Part shown: one piece after another, positions 49,940-61,926 of the stretch | How the letters are laid out: each line of letters begins with the position of its first letter | Numbering within the stretch: position 1 is the first letter of the stretch | NCBI GenBank assembly: GCA_963708635.1 | Contig: CAVPTM010000004.1 | Span: 167,445 to 231,444 of the forward strand | Source: an uncultured Alphaproteobacteria bacterium | GTDB lineage: Bacteria; Pseudomonadota; Alphaproteobacteria; Rhizobiales; Xanthobacteraceae | Length of the DNA stretch: 64,000 bases | Reading direction: 5' to 3' | Notes under the pieces: generated by a model | What the model saw: the letters and a program-made list of their open reading frames with translations, nothing else | Databases searched by the model: none | Told to the model about the DNA's origin: nothing | Made by a program: the position numbers and the translations under genes

Positions 49940-51184
49940 TCAAGCCGCGTCTTTTTGCCGTTCGGCCGGCGCCGGATGCACCAGGCGCACCGCCGAGATG
50001 AAGCGCCCGGTGTCGCCTGCGCCGTCGTCGCCGGCCGCGAACACGCGGTTGCGGCCGTCGTGCTTGGCGCGGTAGAGCGCGGCATCGGCGCGCACCAGCA
50101 AGGCGCCGACTTCCATCACCGGCTCGCAGGCCATGGCGATGCCGATGCTCACGGTGGCGCCGATCGGCAGCGCGCCGACTTTGGCGCCGGCCTGCTCGAA
50201 GCTCGACGCGGATGCGCTCGGCGATGCGGGCCGCGATGCGCAGATCGCCCGGCACGATGGCGACGAATTCCTCGCCGCCGAAGCGGCCGATGATGTCGTC
50301 GGCGCGCATGCAGCGGCGCGCGGTCTGCGCGAACAGCTTGAGCAGATCGTCGCCGGCGGCATGGCCGAAGCGGTCGTTGACCGACTTGAAATGGTCGAGG
50401 TCGAACATCAGAAGCGAAACCGCCTCGCGCCGCTTGGCCTGCAGGCCGCAGAGCGCGAGCGCCCCTTCCAGGAAGGCGCGCCGGTTGAGCAGGCCGGTCA
50501 AGCCGTCGGTGCTGGCGGCGCTGCGGTAGATGTGGACGTAATGGTCCTTGACCATCAGCAGCACGATGAAGGCGGTGCCGATGGCGTAGATCATGATCTC
50601 GAGCGCGAACACCGCGAGCCAGGCCTGCGCCAGCACGCCCGGCAGCAAGGCGCGCATGGCGAGCGGCAGCAGGAAGATGCCGGCGTGCAGCGAGGGCACC
50701 ACGATCGCGGCGGTGCGCGAATAAAGCGACTTGCGCCGCTCGCGGCCGAGCTCGTAGGCGATGCAGAAGGTGTAGCCCGCGACCACCAGCGCGCCGAGCA
50801 CGACGCGGGCATTGCCGGCTTCCGGCAAATAGCGGCAGCCGCAGCGCGATGAGCCACACCAGCGCACCGGCGAAGGCCGCCACCGACAACATGCGGCGGC
50901 CGTGGAACAGGCGCACGCCATTCCAGACCATGCCGCAGGCGATGAAGATCAAGGCGGCCGGCACGTCCGGCGGCAAAGCGAACATCGGCTGCCGGCACGC
51001 TCCACAGCGCCATCGAGGAGGCGCCGATCAGATAGGCCGAGCCCCACCAAGCGAGCGCGCGCACGCGGCGCTCCTGCCACCAGGCGAAAATCAGAAACAG
51101 CCCCATCATCGCGGCGATGCAGATCGCCACGAAGGCCAAAGTCGGCACGTCGAGGGTGCCCGCTGGGACGCCGGCTTCGATCAA
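49940..51184 (-). CDS. Membrane-bound diguanylate cyclase (frameshifted, start approximate)
   Basis: Multiple TMs; DGLTGLLNRR, DLDHFKSVNDRFGH, RADD I-site, GGEEF. Confidence 0.9.
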
Positions 51185-51364
51185 GTCACGCTCCACTCTG
51201 CCCCTTCCCCCGCATTCCCGCCCTACCGGGGCAGAGATACACAAGGGGGATGGTAAAAGGCTTGCGCGCTTGCGCGGGCTTCGACGAAAGCTTTGCGACA
51301 ATTGGAATTAAATTGGCGGGGACGGGGCTCGTTTGCGGGAACTCCCGCCGCGCGCGCCAAAACG

Positions 51365-51391
51365 AAAAAGGCGCGCCAAAAGCGCGCCCTT
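51365..51391 (-). terminator. rplM-rpsI terminator
   Basis: GGCGCGC-tttt-GCGCGCC followed by T5 on the minus strand. Confidence 0.75.
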
Positions 51392-51415
51392 CCCGAACTT
51401 CCGTCCTGGCGCCGG

Positions 51416-51892
51416 CTAGCGCTTGGAGAACTGGAACGAGCGCCGCGCCTTGGCGCGTCCGTATTTCTTGCGCTCGACCACGCGCGGGTCGCGGGTGAGG
51501 AAGCCCGCCTTCTTGAGCGCGCCGCGCAGGTCCGGCTCGTAATAAGTCAGCGCCTTGGACAGGCCGTGGCGCACCGCGCCCGCCTGCCCGGACAGCCCGC
51601 CGCCCGACACCGTGCAGATCACGTCGTATTGGCCGTTGCGGTTGGTGGCGACCAGCGGCTGCTGGATCAGCATGCGCAGCACCGGCCGCGCGAAGAAGAC
51701 TTCGATCGACTTGGTGTTGACCTCGATCTTGCCGGCGCCCGGCTTGATCCAGACGCGGGCGACCGCGTTCTTGCGCTTGCCGGTGGCGTAAGCGCGGCCT
51801 TGCGCGTCCACCTTCTTCTCGTATTTCGGCGCCTCGGGCGCGGCCGGCTTCAGGCTCGCCAAACCTTCCAGCGATTGTACGGTCTCGGCCAC
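51416..51892 (-). CDS. rpsI: 30S ribosomal protein S9
   Basis: [21 protein letters not shown]. Confidence 0.98.
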   Translation of the reverse strand: MAETVQSLEGLASLKPAAPEAPKYEKKVDAQGRAYATGKRKNAVARVWIKPGAGKIEVNTKSIEVFFARPVLRMLIQQPLVATNRNGQYDVICTVSGGGLSGQAGAVRHGLSKALTYYEPDLRGALKKAGFLTRDPRVVERKKYGRAKARRSFQFSKR

Positions 51893-51894
51893 GG

Positions 51895-52359
51895 TCAGGC
51901 ACTCCTCAGATTCTTGCGGTTCATGGCGGCGACGTCGAGCGGCTCGGGCTTCTGCGCCTCGTGCGGATGCTCGGGGCCGGGATAGACGCGCAGATTGCCG
52001 AACTGCACGCGCCCGAGCGGTCCGCGCGGCAGCATGCGCTCGACCGCCTTCTCGACGATGCGTTCGGGAAACTTGCCGTCCATGATCTGCCTGGCGGTGC
52101 GTTCCTTGATGCCGCCGATATAGCCGGTGTGGTGGTAGTAGATTTTCTGCTCGCGCTTGCGGCCGGTGAACACGGCCTTGGCGGCGTTGACGACGATAAC
52201 GTTATCGCCGTCGTCGACGTGCGGTGTGTAGCTCGGCTTGTGCTTCCCCCGCAGCCGCATGGCCACGATCGAGGCGAGCCGCCCGACCACCAGGCCGGTG
52301 GCGTCGATGGTCACCCATTTCTTCTCGACCTCGGCGGGCTTGGCCGAAAACGTCTTCAT
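51895..52359 (-). CDS. rplM: 50S ribosomal protein L13
   Basis: [28 protein letters not shown]. Confidence 0.98.
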   Translation of the reverse strand: MKTFSAKPAEVEKKWVTIDATGLVVGRLASIVAMRLRGKHKPSYTPHVDDGDNVIVVNAAKAVFTGRKREQKIYYHHTGYIGGIKERTARQIMDGKFPERIVEKAVERMLPRGPLGRVQFGNLRVYPGPEHPHEAQKPEPLDVAAMNRKNLRSA

Positions 52360-52501
52360 GATCGATCCTTGAAAGCTTGGCGCCGCAGCGCGCGGATGGC
52401 CGGTTCTCTAGCGGAGCCCCGGCGCGCGGTCAACGCCATCCAACAGCTATTTATATAGTAAATTCAATATCTTGTAAGAATGGTATTTTGGCACCTTCGC
52501 A

Positions 52502-52937
52502 CTACTGACTGTTATTGGGGATGGAATAGGTCGAAGTCACGTGCGCCACCGGCTCGGCCTCGCCCTCCGAATAGATCTTCACCTCGCCGACCGCCAGGCG
52601 CTTGCCGATCTTCATCAATTTGGCGTCGGCGATGAGGTCGCCGGCGGCCGGCTTGCGCAGGAAATTGATGTTGAGGTTGGTGGTGACCGCAAGCGGCTGC
52701 GGGCCGATCGGCCGAAAACACCGCGACATACATGGCGAAATCGGCCAGTTCCATCATGGTCGGGCCGGACACCGTGCCGCCGGGGCGCAAGCTGCTTTGG
52801 TCGAAGGTCCAGCGCACCCGCACGTCGCCATAGCCCACCCGCTCGATGCTGTGGCCGCAGCCCGGGTAGAAGGCCTGCGGGAATTCGGCGTGCAGCAGGT
52901 CGCCGATCTCCTCGGCGGTCATTCGCGGTGCCGGCAT
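52502..52937 (-). CDS. PaaI family thioesterase (frameshifted)
   Basis: LRPGGTVSGPTMMELAD, AVTTNLNINFLRKP. Confidence 0.88.
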
Positions 52938-53173
52938 GGTTCCCCCATTGCCGGCTGTCCCGGCCCGCCCGTCTTAGAGGGCGCCGCCGCAAGGCTCAAT
53001 TGACAAATCTTTTCAGTCCAAATCTTTCAGTCTTGTCGTAGAGCGCGCGCAATTCGTCCTTGGCCTTTTCGAGCTTCTGCTAGGCGCGGACTTGCGGCGG
53101 TGGCTGCGCTCGTTCGAATTCTTCTTCCGGACAAAGCCTGTGCAGGAGCGGCATTCCGCGTTAAATATCGGGC

Positions 53174-53978
53174 ATGAACGTGCAGTCCGCCCCGGTCTTG
53201 CTGCGCGAACGCGCGCAAGACATCGCCGTGCTGGTGCTCAACCGGCCGGCCGCGCGCAACAGCCTGTCGGAAGCCTGCTGGCCGCGCTGTCGCAAGCTTT
53301 CAGCGAGATCGCCGCCGACAAGAACGTGCGCGCCGTCGTGCTGGCGGCGAACGGCCCGGCCTTCTGCGCCGGCCACGACCTCAAGGAGTTGACCGCACAG
53401 GCGCGCCGACGCCGACGGCGGGCGCACTTATTTTCGCCTACATCATGAAAACCTGCAGCGCGATGATGCAGCAGATCGTCAAGCTGCCGCAGCCGGTGAT
53501 CGCCGCCGTGCAGGGTCCGGCCAGCGCCGCCGGCTGCCAATTGGTCGCGACCTGCGATCTCGCCATCGGCTCCGAGACCGCCAAGTTCGCCACCCCCGGC
53601 GTCGACATCGGTTTGTTCTGCTCGACCCCGATGGTGGCGCTGTCGCGCAACGTCGCGCGCAAAGCCGCCATGGAGATGCTGCTCACCGGCGAAATGGTCG
53701 CCGCCGCGCGCGCCGCCGAAATCGGGCTCATCAACCGCGTGGTGAAAGCGGGCGAGGAACGCAGCGCCGCGCTTGCGCTTGCCGCCACCATCGCCTCGAA
53801 ATCGAGCCATACGGTCAAGATCGGCAAGGAGGCCTTTTACCGCCAGCTCGAGCTCGGCCTGTCGGCGGCCTACGACTACGCCTCCGAGGTGATGACCGAG
53901 AACATGATGGCGCGCGACGCCGAGGAAGGCATCTGCGCATTCATCGAAAAACGCGATCCGAAATGGGAGAACGATTGA
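53174..53978 (+). CDS. Enoyl-CoA hydratase/isomerase (frameshifted)
   Basis: LNRPAARNSLS, FCAGHDLKE, AAGCQLVATCD, GLFCSTP. Confidence 0.9.
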
Positions 53979-54202
53979 TGACACGCGTTAGCCTTGCCGT
54001 CGCGCTTGTTCTTGCTTCACTCGGCGCCGCCGCCGCGCAGGATTTCACCGCCGAGCAGCGCGCCGCCTGCAAAGGCGATTACGACAAGTTCTGCAAAGGT
54101 ACCTTTCCGGGCGGCGGCCGCGTGCTCGCCTGCCTCAACAAGCAATACGGTCAGCTTTCGGATGCCTGCAAGAAAGTCGTCACCGAGGCGTCCAAGAAAT
54201 AG
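53978..54202 (+). CDS. Small secreted cysteine-rich repeat protein
   Basis: Signal then AC..D..KFC..GGGR...CL...LS..C. Confidence 0.8.
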   Translation: MTRVSLAVALVLASLGAAAAQDFTAEQRAACKGDYDKFCKGTFPGGGRVLACLNKQYGQLSDACKKVVTEASKK

Positions 54203-54283
54203 CGCTCACGCCGCAGTGATCGGCCGCGGCCTTTGCGGCCTCGGTGCGGCCGCCTATCTATCGGCGCATCGGCGGGGCACGGC

Positions 54284-54913
54284 ATGAACAATTCCTCTCG
54301 CGTCTTCACGGCGGCCGCGCAGCAGGCGCAGGCCGAACGCGGCTCGGCCGAGCGTTACGCGCAGCGCCTGGCCGAAGGCTTTCCCGACAAAGTGACGCCC
54401 GAACTCGCGCGCTTCATCGCCGAGCAGGACATGGCCTTTCTCGGCACCGCCGACGCCGGCGGCGCGCCCTACATCCAGCATCGCGGCGGACCGAAAGGAT
54501 TCATCAAAGTGCTGGACGAGCGCACGCTCGGCTTTGCCGATTACCGCGGCAACCGGCAATACATCACGCTCGCCAATCTGTCGGAGAACGACCGCGCCTT
54601 CCTTTTTCTGCTCGATCCGGCGCGCCGGCAGCGCATCAAGCTGTGGGGCCGCGCCCGCGTGGTCGAGAACGACGCGGCGCTGGTCGAGCGCCTGTTCGAC
54701 GCCGGCTACAAGGCGCGGCCCGAGCGCGCCATTTTGTTCACCATCGAGGCCTGGGACGTGAACTGCTCGCAGCACATCGCCGCGCGCTTCACCGAGGCCG
54801 AACTCGAAGAGGCCTTCGCGGCGGTGCGTGAGAAAGTCGCCGCGCTCGAGGCCGAGAACGCGCGGCTGCGCGCGGCGCTGGCGCCGCTCGCGGCTAGCGA
54901 GGACCCTGGTTGA
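54284..54913 (+). CDS. Pyridoxamine 5'-phosphate oxidase-related FMN-binding protein
   Basis: PYIQHRGGPKGF, FADYRGNRQYI, WDVNCSQHI. Confidence 0.88.
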   Translation: MNNSSRVFTAAAQQAQAERGSAERYAQRLAEGFPDKVTPELARFIAEQDMAFLGTADAGGAPYIQHRGGPKGFIKVLDERTLGFADYRGNRQYITLANLSENDRAFLFLLDPARRQRIKLWGRARVVENDAALVERLFDAGYKARPERAILFTIEAWDVNCSQHIAARFTEAELEEAFAAVREKVAALEAENARLRAALAPLAASEDPG

Positions 54914-55326
54914 TCAGCTCGCCCGCCCGCAGCGGCGTCGCCTGCGGCTCGTGCGGCAGCGACGGGCCGCTCACCGGCAGCTGCAACACGGTCGCGCGCT
55001 GGCCCTCGCACAATTGCGTCACCAGCACGACCTGGCCGCCGGGAAATTCGAGCGCGTCGTGATGGGTGGGCTTGCCCGGCTTGATCTGGCGGAAGCGGGC
55101 GACCTTGTGGCCGATCTTGCGCGTCGGCAGGAACGGCAGCAGCGGCTCGCGCTCGGCGTCCCGCTCGAAGGCGAGTTCCGTGCCGGGCAGCAGACACACC
55201 GCCACGCGCGGGCTCGTCGGCCGCGGCAAATCCGCGCGTAATCGCATTGCGGAATGAGGTGGAGATCAACTTATCGCCGACCTTGGCCGGCCGCGACGCA
55301 ACGCCTTGCAGACTATAGTCGCACAT
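54894..55326 (-). CDS. Conserved hypothetical protein (MCDYSL type, frameshifted)
   Basis: MCDYSLQGVASRPAKVGD, AVCLLPGTELAF, HHDALEFP; GGAG RBS. Confidence 0.75.
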
Positions 55327-55481
55327 CGAACGCTCCTGCTCTTTTCTGCGCACGCCAAGATCCGTGCACGCCAAGGCCGTGCGCCTGCGCAAGGGTCGCG
55401 GGCCCGCCGGTCAACGCACGGCCTGCCCTTTCGTTCGCGCGCGCGCCTGACTATGTTGCAAAGAATCCCGGACCGGACGAG

Positions 55482-56072
55482 ATGAATCACGACAGCTATC
55501 CCGACAGCTACATCCGCGGCATCCTCAACACGGTGAAGACCATCGCCATGGTCGGCTTTTCGCCGAAGGAGAACCGGCCGAGCTATTTCGCGTTCAAATA
55601 TTTGAGCGAGCGCGGCTACCGCGTCATCCCGGTCAATCCGGGCCAGGCCGGCAAGAGCGTGCTCGGACACAAGATCTACGGCTCGCTCGCCGACATCCCC
55701 GAGCCGGTCGACATGGTCGACATCTTCCGCGCCTCCGAGCACGTGCTGCCCGTCGTCAAGCAGGCGCTCGCGCTCAACCCGAAGCCGCAGGTGATCTGGA
55801 TGCAGCTCACCATCCGCAACGAGGAGGCCGCCAAGCTCGCCGAGGACGCCGGGCTCAAGGTGGTGATGAACCGCTGCCCCAAGATCGAATACGGCCGCCT
55901 CTCCTCCGAGATTTCCTGGATCGGCGTCAATTCGCGCACGCTCTCCTCCAAACGCGCGCAGATCTACGGCAAAGGCGTGCAGCGCATGGGGCTCAACGAA
56001 CGCGGCGCCACGCCGGGCGATGCGGCGGCGGCGACCGGCCCGGCGCAAAAGCCGAGCCCGCAAGGCGGTTGA
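55482..56072 (+). CDS. CoA-binding protein (YccU-like)
   Basis: TIAMVG, IPVNPG, VDMVDIFR, IWMQL, MNRCPKIE. Confidence 0.9.
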   Translation: MNHDSYPDSYIRGILNTVKTIAMVGFSPKENRPSYFAFKYLSERGYRVIPVNPGQAGKSVLGHKIYGSLADIPEPVDMVDIFRASEHVLPVVKQALALNPKPQVIWMQLTIRNEEAAKLAEDAGLKVVMNRCPKIEYGRLSSEISWIGVNSRTLSSKRAQIYGKGVQRMGLNERGATPGDAAAATGPAQKPSPQGG

Positions 56073-56141
56073 GCGCGGGCCGCGCTTGACGCCGTGCCCG
56101 CCGCACCCATTTAATCGCGCTCTATCTCAAAGGGGGCAAGG

Positions 56142-57437
56142 ATGGCCGAGGCCAAAGCCGAGCGCATTCCGGGATTTGCGACGCTGTCGATTCATGCCGG
56201 CGCCAAGCCCGATCCGACCACCGGCGCGCGCGCGACGCCGATCTACCAGACCACCTCCTTCGTGTTCGACGACGTCGAGCACGCCGCCTCGCTGTTCGGC
56301 CTGCAGGCCTTCGGCAACATCTACACCCGCATCGGCAACCCGACCTGCGCCGTGCTGGAAGAGCGCGTCGCCGCGCTCGAGGGCGGCACCGCCGGGCTGG
56401 CGGTCGCCTCCGGCCACGCCGCGCAGGTTCTGGTCATGCACGCGCTGATGACGCCGGGCGACGAATTCGTCGCCTCCAAGAAGCTCTATGGCGGCTCGAT
56501 CAACCAGTTCAACCACTCCTACAAGAATTTCGGCTGGAACGTGGTGTGGGCCGACCCCGACGACATCGGCAGCTTCGAGAAGGCGGTGACGCCGAAGACG
56601 CGGGCGATCTTCATCGAGTCGATCGCCAATCCCGGCGGCATCATCACCGACATCGAGGCGGTGTCGGCGATCGCGCGCCGCAACAACGTGCCGCTGATCG
56701 TCGACAACACGCTGGCGACGCCCTATCTGTGCAAGCCGATCGACTACGGCGCCGACGTCGTCGTGCATTCGCTCACCAAGTTCATCGGCGGCCACGGCAA
56801 CTCGATCGGCGGGCTGATCGTCGACGCCGGCACCTTCAACTGGTCGCGCGACAAGAAATATCCGATGCTGTGCGAGCCGCGGCCGGAATATTCCGGCATC
56901 GTCCTGCACGAGACCTTCGGCAATTTCGCCTTCGCCATCGCCTGCCGCGTGCTGGGCTTGCGCGACCTCGGGCCGGCGCTGTCGCCGTTCAACGCCTTCC
57001 TCATCCTCACCGGCATCGAGACGCTGCCGCTGCGCATGCAGCGCCACTGCGAAAACACGCTGGCGGTGGCCGAGTGGCTGGCCAAGCGGCCGGAGGTCGG
57101 CTGGGTCAGCTATCCGGGACTGGCGCAGGACAAATATCACGCGCTCGCCAAGAAATACGTGCCCAAGGGCTGCGGCGCGGTGTTCACCTTCGGGCTCAAG
57201 GGCGGCTACGACGCCGGCGTCAAGCTGGTGTCGAACGTGAAGCTGTTCTCGCATCTCGCCAATATCGGCGACACCCGCTCGCTCATCATTCATCCGGCTT
57301 CGACCACGCACAAGCAATTGTCCGACGCGCAGAAGGTGCAGGCCGGCGCCGGCCCGGACGTGGTGCGGCTGTCGGTCGGGCTCGAGGACAAAGACGACAT
57401 CATCGCCGATCTCGAGCAGGGGCTGAAGGCGGCTTAA
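56142..57437 (+). CDS. metY: O-acetylhomoserine aminocarboxypropyltransferase / sulfhydrylase
   Basis: PIYQTTSF, IYTRIGNPT, HSLTKFIGGHG, LANIGD, HPASTTH. Confidence 0.93.
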   Translation: MAEAKAERIPGFATLSIHAGAKPDPTTGARATPIYQTTSFVFDDVEHAASLFGLQAFGNIYTRIGNPTCAVLEERVAALEGGTAGLAVASGHAAQVLVMHALMTPGDEFVASKKLYGGSINQFNHSYKNFGWNVVWADPDDIGSFEKAVTPKTRAIFIESIANPGGIITDIEAVSAIARRNNVPLIVDNTLATPYLCKPIDYGADVVVHSLTKFIGGHGNSIGGLIVDAGTFNWSRDKKYPMLCEPRPEYSGIVLHETFGNFAFAIACRVLGLRDLGPALSPFNAFLILTGIETLPLRMQRHCENTLAVAEWLAKRPEVGWVSYPGLAQDKYHALAKKYVPKGCGAVFTFGLKGGYDAGVKLVSNVKLFSHLANIGDTRSLIIHPASTTHKQLSDAQKVQAGAGPDVVRLSVGLEDKDDIIADLEQGLKAA

Positions 57438-57440
57438 CGG

Positions 57441-58196
57441 CTACTTCTTCAGCGTGCGCGCGACGTAGTCGCGGATATAGCCGAGCGTCGCGTCGGCGCA
57501 CCAGATGTCGGTGACCGTCTTGTCGGTCGCCTCGCCGCTGTGCGGCGTAGCGCTCGGCGACCGGCTGGCGGATCTGCATCTTGGTCTGCGCGAAAGCCGG
57601 CGGCGACAGCGCGGCGAGCTCTTGCGCCGCGGCCATTGCGCGCTCCATCAGCCGGCCGGCCTCGACCGCCTCGTTCGACCCAGCCGCGATGCAGCCGCGA
57701 CCTCGGCGGGAAAGGTCGCGCCGCTCAGGATCGTCTCGCTGAAAAAATACGGCGGCGTGGCGTGCCGCACGATCTCAAAGGCGAGCGCGGGAAACGGCAC
57801 GCCCACCAGCAATTCGGTGACGCCGATGCGCCCGCCGTCGTTCGCCATGATGCGGCGGTCGGCGCAAGCCGCGAGCACCGCGCCGCCGGCAATGGCGTGG
57901 CCGTTGATCGCGGCCACCACCGGCTTGGGATGAAAGAACACCGCGTCGTAGAGCCGGTGCAGCGCCGGCAAAAAGCGGCGGATGTAGTCGGCGCCCTCCG
58001 CGCTGATGCGCTTGAGATCGACGCCGGCGGAGAAGATCCTGCCCTGCCCGGTCAGCACCACGGCTTTGGCGTCGCCGCCGCGCAAGTCGGTAAAGCGCGC
58101 GGCCAGCGCCTCGCAGAATTCGATGTCGAGCGCATTGGCCTTGCCGTGACGCATGGTGAGGACGGCGATGCCGTCATCGATGGCGACGTCGATCAT
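57441..58196 (-). CDS. Enoyl-CoA hydratase/isomerase family protein (frameshifted)
   Basis: KANAL, FSAGVDL, AAINGHAIAGG. Confidence 0.88.
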
Positions 58197-59279
58197 GCGC
58201 GCACTCCTTGCGCGGCCGCGCCGGCCGCCGCCAGGCTTTCGCGATGCCACAGCCGCTCGGCATGCAGGATCGCCGCCGTGAACACCACGATCGCCACCAT
58301 CTGATGCGCCAGCGCCAGCGGCAGCGCCGCCTGATGGAGCAGCGTGACGATGCCGAGCGCGGCTTGCAAGGTCACCGCGCCGGCCAGCGACGAGCGCGCC
58401 GCGCAGATCGCGGCCGCATGCGCCAGGCGTTCCAGGCGTGCCAGATCGCCGCCAGCCAGATCGCATAGGCCAGCATGCGGTGGTCGAATTGGACGGTGAG
58501 CGTGTTCTCGAACAAATTGCGCCAGAGCGGCGTGAAGAACCACAGCCGATCGGACGCCGGAACGAAGGCGCCGTCGATCAGCGGCCAGGTGTTGTAGACG
58601 AGCCCGGCGTCGCTGCCGGCGACCAGCGCGCCGAGATAAATCTGCGCGAGCACCAGCGCGGCGATCGCCAGCGCGCCGAGGCGCAGCCGCGGCGGCGCCT
58701 CGGCCGGCGGCCGCGGCGCGATCTGCTGCGCGGTCCACAGCACCGCGGCATAGATCGCGCAGGCGAGCGTCAGATGGAACGCCAGCCGATATTGCGACAC
58801 GCTGACGCGGCCGGAGCCGGCGAGCCCCGACGCCACCATCCACCAGCCGACCGCGCCGAGCAGCGCGCCGCCGCCGAAGATCGCCCATAGCCGCGCGCGC
58901 AAGTTCTTGCGGCACAACAGCCGCGCCAGAGGAAATAAAGGAACGGCAGCAGGAACACGAAGCCGGTCGAGCGCGCCAGCAGCCGGTGCGTCCATTCCCA
59001 CCAGTAGATGGTCTTGAACGCGGCAAGGCTCATGCCGCGGTTGCGCTCCTGGTATTGCGGGATCGCCTGATAGGCCTTGAACTCGTCCTGCCAGGCCTGT
59101 TGCGACAGCGGCGGCAGCACGCCGGTCACCGGCTTCCATTCGGTGATCGACAGCCCGGATTCGGTGAGCCGCGTCGCGCCGCCGACCACCAGCGTGAGGA
59201 AGATCATGGCGGCGACGGCGAGAAGCCACAGCCGCAACGCACGCGCGTGCGAATTCGGAACTGTTGTGCCGGCGGCCAT
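58193..59279 (-). CDS. ctaA: Heme A synthase COX15/CtaA (frameshifted)
   Basis: [42 protein letters not shown]. Confidence 0.92.
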
Positions 59280-59352
59280 GACGGTGTGCTTGCGCAAGAC
59301 GGCGCGGACCATATAGACAGGCGCGTGTTCCCGCAAACGAGCCTTTAACGCA

Positions 59353-59577
59353 ATGTCCATGCGCATGCGCAAGCTGATCGGCGCCGTCGGCCTGCTGCTT
59401 TTGGTCGCGGGCTGGAGCCTGCTCGCCATGGCGCTGGCGCAGTCGGTGCTGACCAACATCAACGGCTTCGTGGCGGCGATCTATTACGTCGTCGCCGGGC
59501 TCGGCTGGGTGCTGCCGGCGATGCTCCTGGTGCGCTGGATGGCGAAGCCGCGGGCCGACGAGATCAAGCCGCGTTGA
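59353..59577 (+). CDS. DUF2842-like small membrane protein
   Basis: RKLIG...[13 protein letters not shown]...WM; divergent from ctaA. Confidence 0.8.
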   Translation: MSMRMRKLIGAVGLLLLVAGWSLLAMALAQSVLTNINGFVAAIYYVVAGLGWVLPAMLLVRWMAKPRADEIKPR

Positions 59578-60616
59578 TGCGGCGGAAGCCGTTCCACATC
59601 GCGGTGGCGGCGCCCGACATCAGCACCTTGAGATAGCGCGGCTGCTGGTACTCGCCGTTGACCGAAATGCGCGGCAGCGCGGTGAGGTGATCGCGATGGC
59701 CGCGGAACAGCACGCCCGGCCGCGTGGTGAGCGCGGTCTTGAAGCCGAGCTCGGCGGCGATGCGGAATTCGCGCGCGCCCGCCGAGGTCGGATCGCCGAC
59801 CGGATAGGCCAGATGCTGCGGCCGCCGCCCGAGCGCGGCTTCCAGCACCGAGCGGCTCATGTCCATCTCGGCGCGCACCGCGCCTTCGTCGGCGACCTTC
59901 ATCAGCATCTTGTGGTTCACGGTATGCGCGCCGATGGTGCAGAGCGGATCGGCGGCGAGTTCGCCGAGCTCCGACCAGTCCATGCACAGGTCGCGGCAGA
60001 ACGCCGCCAGATCGACGCGCGAATAGGCGCAGAGGTCGCGCACCGTGGCGCGCAATTCGTCCTCGTCCTTCATCTCGCGCAGATAGCCATAGACCGCGTC
60101 ATAGAGCGCGCGCTTCTCCTTGAGCGTCGCGCAGTCGAAAAAGCGGTCCTCGCCGTCGATCACGAGCCCGATGCGCTTGCTCTGCGCGATCACCGCTTCG
60201 AGCGCCAGCCACCACAATTCGCCGAGCCGGTCGGGGAAGCTGGTGGCGATGAACAGCGCAAACGGCATCCGGTATTGCTTGAGCAGCGGATAGGCGAACT
60301 GCTTGATGTCCTTGTAGCCGTCGTCGAAGGTGAGGCAGACGAAGCGGCGCTCGAAGTCGCCGGCGATGAAGCGGCGGTGCATCTCGTCGAGCGAGATGAC
60401 CTCGATGCCGGCGCGCTCGAGCTGGCGCAGCAGCCGCTCGAAAAACTCCGGCGTCACCTCCAACAGCCGGTTGGGCTGGAAGGCGTCGCGGCGCGGCGGG
60501 CGCACGTGGTGCATGGTCAGGATGGCGCCGACGCCGCCGACCAGCGGCCGCAGCAGATGGTGCAGGCCGCTGAAATAGAGCGTTTCCAGCCCGCCGCGGA
60601 TGATCGCCTGTTTCAT
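59564..60616 (-). CDS. Polysaccharide deacetylase (CE4/NodB-like)
   Basis: LTFDDGY, IGAHTVNH, AYPVG, LPRI. Confidence 0.92.
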   Translation of the reverse strand: MKQAIIRGGLETLYFSGLHHLLRPLVGGVGAILTMHHVRPPRRDAFQPNRLLEVTPEFFERLLRQLERAGIEVISLDEMHRRFIAGDFERRFVCLTFDDGYKDIKQFAYPLLKQYRMPFALFIATSFPDRLGELWWLALEAVIAQSKRIGLVIDGEDRFFDCATLKEKRALYDAVYGYLREMKDEDELRATVRDLCAYSRVDLAAFCRDLCMDWSELGELAADPLCTIGAHTVNHKMLMKVADEGAVRAEMDMSRSVLEAALGRRPQHLAYPVGDPTSAGAREFRIAAELGFKTALTTRPGVLFRGHRDHLTALPRISVNGEYQQPRYLKVLMSGAATAMWNGFRRINAA

Positions 60617-60720
60617 GTCCGCGTTAACCCCAACGGCCGATAGCTGCCCATCATCCCAATTCTTTGTTGATAATTCTTTGTCACCCTTATGACCTGGCCT
60701 CAGGGGTTTGCACGCGCGCC

Positions 60721-61921
60721 ATGAACATCCACCCGCTGCGCCGGCCCGCCGGCGCCGAGATCGTGCCGGTTCCCGACCGCCGCCTGGCGCGCCTCGAGGT
60801 TTTCGAGGACATGGCCGCGGCCGAGCCTTTTTGGCGGGCGCTCGAAGGCGGCCTTGCCACCCCTTATCAGCGCTACGATTTCCTCAAGCTCTGGCAGCAG
60901 CATGTCGGGAGCGCGGCCGGCGTCACCCCTTTCATCGTGGTGGGTTTCAACGCCGGCGGCGAGCCGCTGTTTTTGTGGCCGTTCGGCCGCCGCCGTCTCG
61001 GCCGGCTGCGGGTGGCGGAATTTCTCGGCGGCAAACATGCCAATTTCAACATGGCGCTCTGGCGCTGCGACGTCGCAACCCAATTCGACGCCGCCGACAT
61101 GGCCGCCGCCCTCGCCCGCCTCGCCGGCGAGGTCGACCTCGTTTGCTTGAGCAACCAACCGCTCACCTGGGGCGGCGCCACCAATCCCTTCGCGCTGCTT
61201 GCCGCACCAGCGCGCGGCCAATTCCGGATTTTCCGGCGCGCTCATCCCCGACTTCGAGGCGCTGCTGCGCGCGCGCACCAATGCCGCCGCGCGCAAGAAA
61301 ATGCGCAAGAAGGAACGCGCCCTCGCCGACATGGGCACGGTGACCTTCACGCGCGCCGAAGACCTCGCCGAGGTGCGCCGCGTGCTCGACGTGTTCTTCA
61401 AGCAGAAGAGCGCGCGGATGCGCGCACGCGGCATCACCGACGTATTCGCCGCCGCCGGCGTGCGCCGCTTCATTGAGGCGGCGTCGACCGGCCCCGCCAG
61501 CGGCGGCGCGCCGTTGATCGAGCTCTACGCGCTTTCGGTCGACGATATCGTGGTGGCGACGATGGGCGGCATCGTCGGGGAAAATCGATTTTGCGCCATG
61601 TTCAATTCGATCGCGCAAGGCCGCTACGCCGTCGAAAGCCCGGGCGAACAACTGATCGTCCATCTGGTGCGGCGCTGTTGCGAGCGCGGGTTTGCCACCT
61701 TCGACCTCGGCATCGGCGATGCGCGCTACAAGAGCCTGTTCTGCGGCGACGTCGAACCCCTGTTCGACAGCTTTCTGCCGCTGTCGGCGGAAGGACGGCT
61801 GTTCGCGGTCGCTTTCCGCAGCGCCGCGCTCGTCAAGCGGGTCATCAAGCAACGGCCGGTCCTTTGGTCGGTGGTGCGCGCCGCGCGGCGGCTGCGCGCA
61901 CGCTTCTCGCCCGCCGGCTAA
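60721..61921 (+). CDS. GNAT family acetyltransferase (CelD/BcsL, UppF-like; frameshifted)
   Basis: FLGGKHANFN, SPGEQL, FDLGIGDARYK. Confidence 0.85.
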
Positions 61922-61926
61922 GCCGT

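Noticed and set aside
52440..52500. AT-rich tract upstream of rplM as a possible dif or replication element
   Set aside because: No XerC/XerD arm pattern and no DnaA boxes; more simply an UP-element/promoter region
56073..56141. SAM riboswitch upstream of metY
   Set aside because: Only ~70 nt including the promoter; no recognisable SAM-II/SAM-SAH pattern
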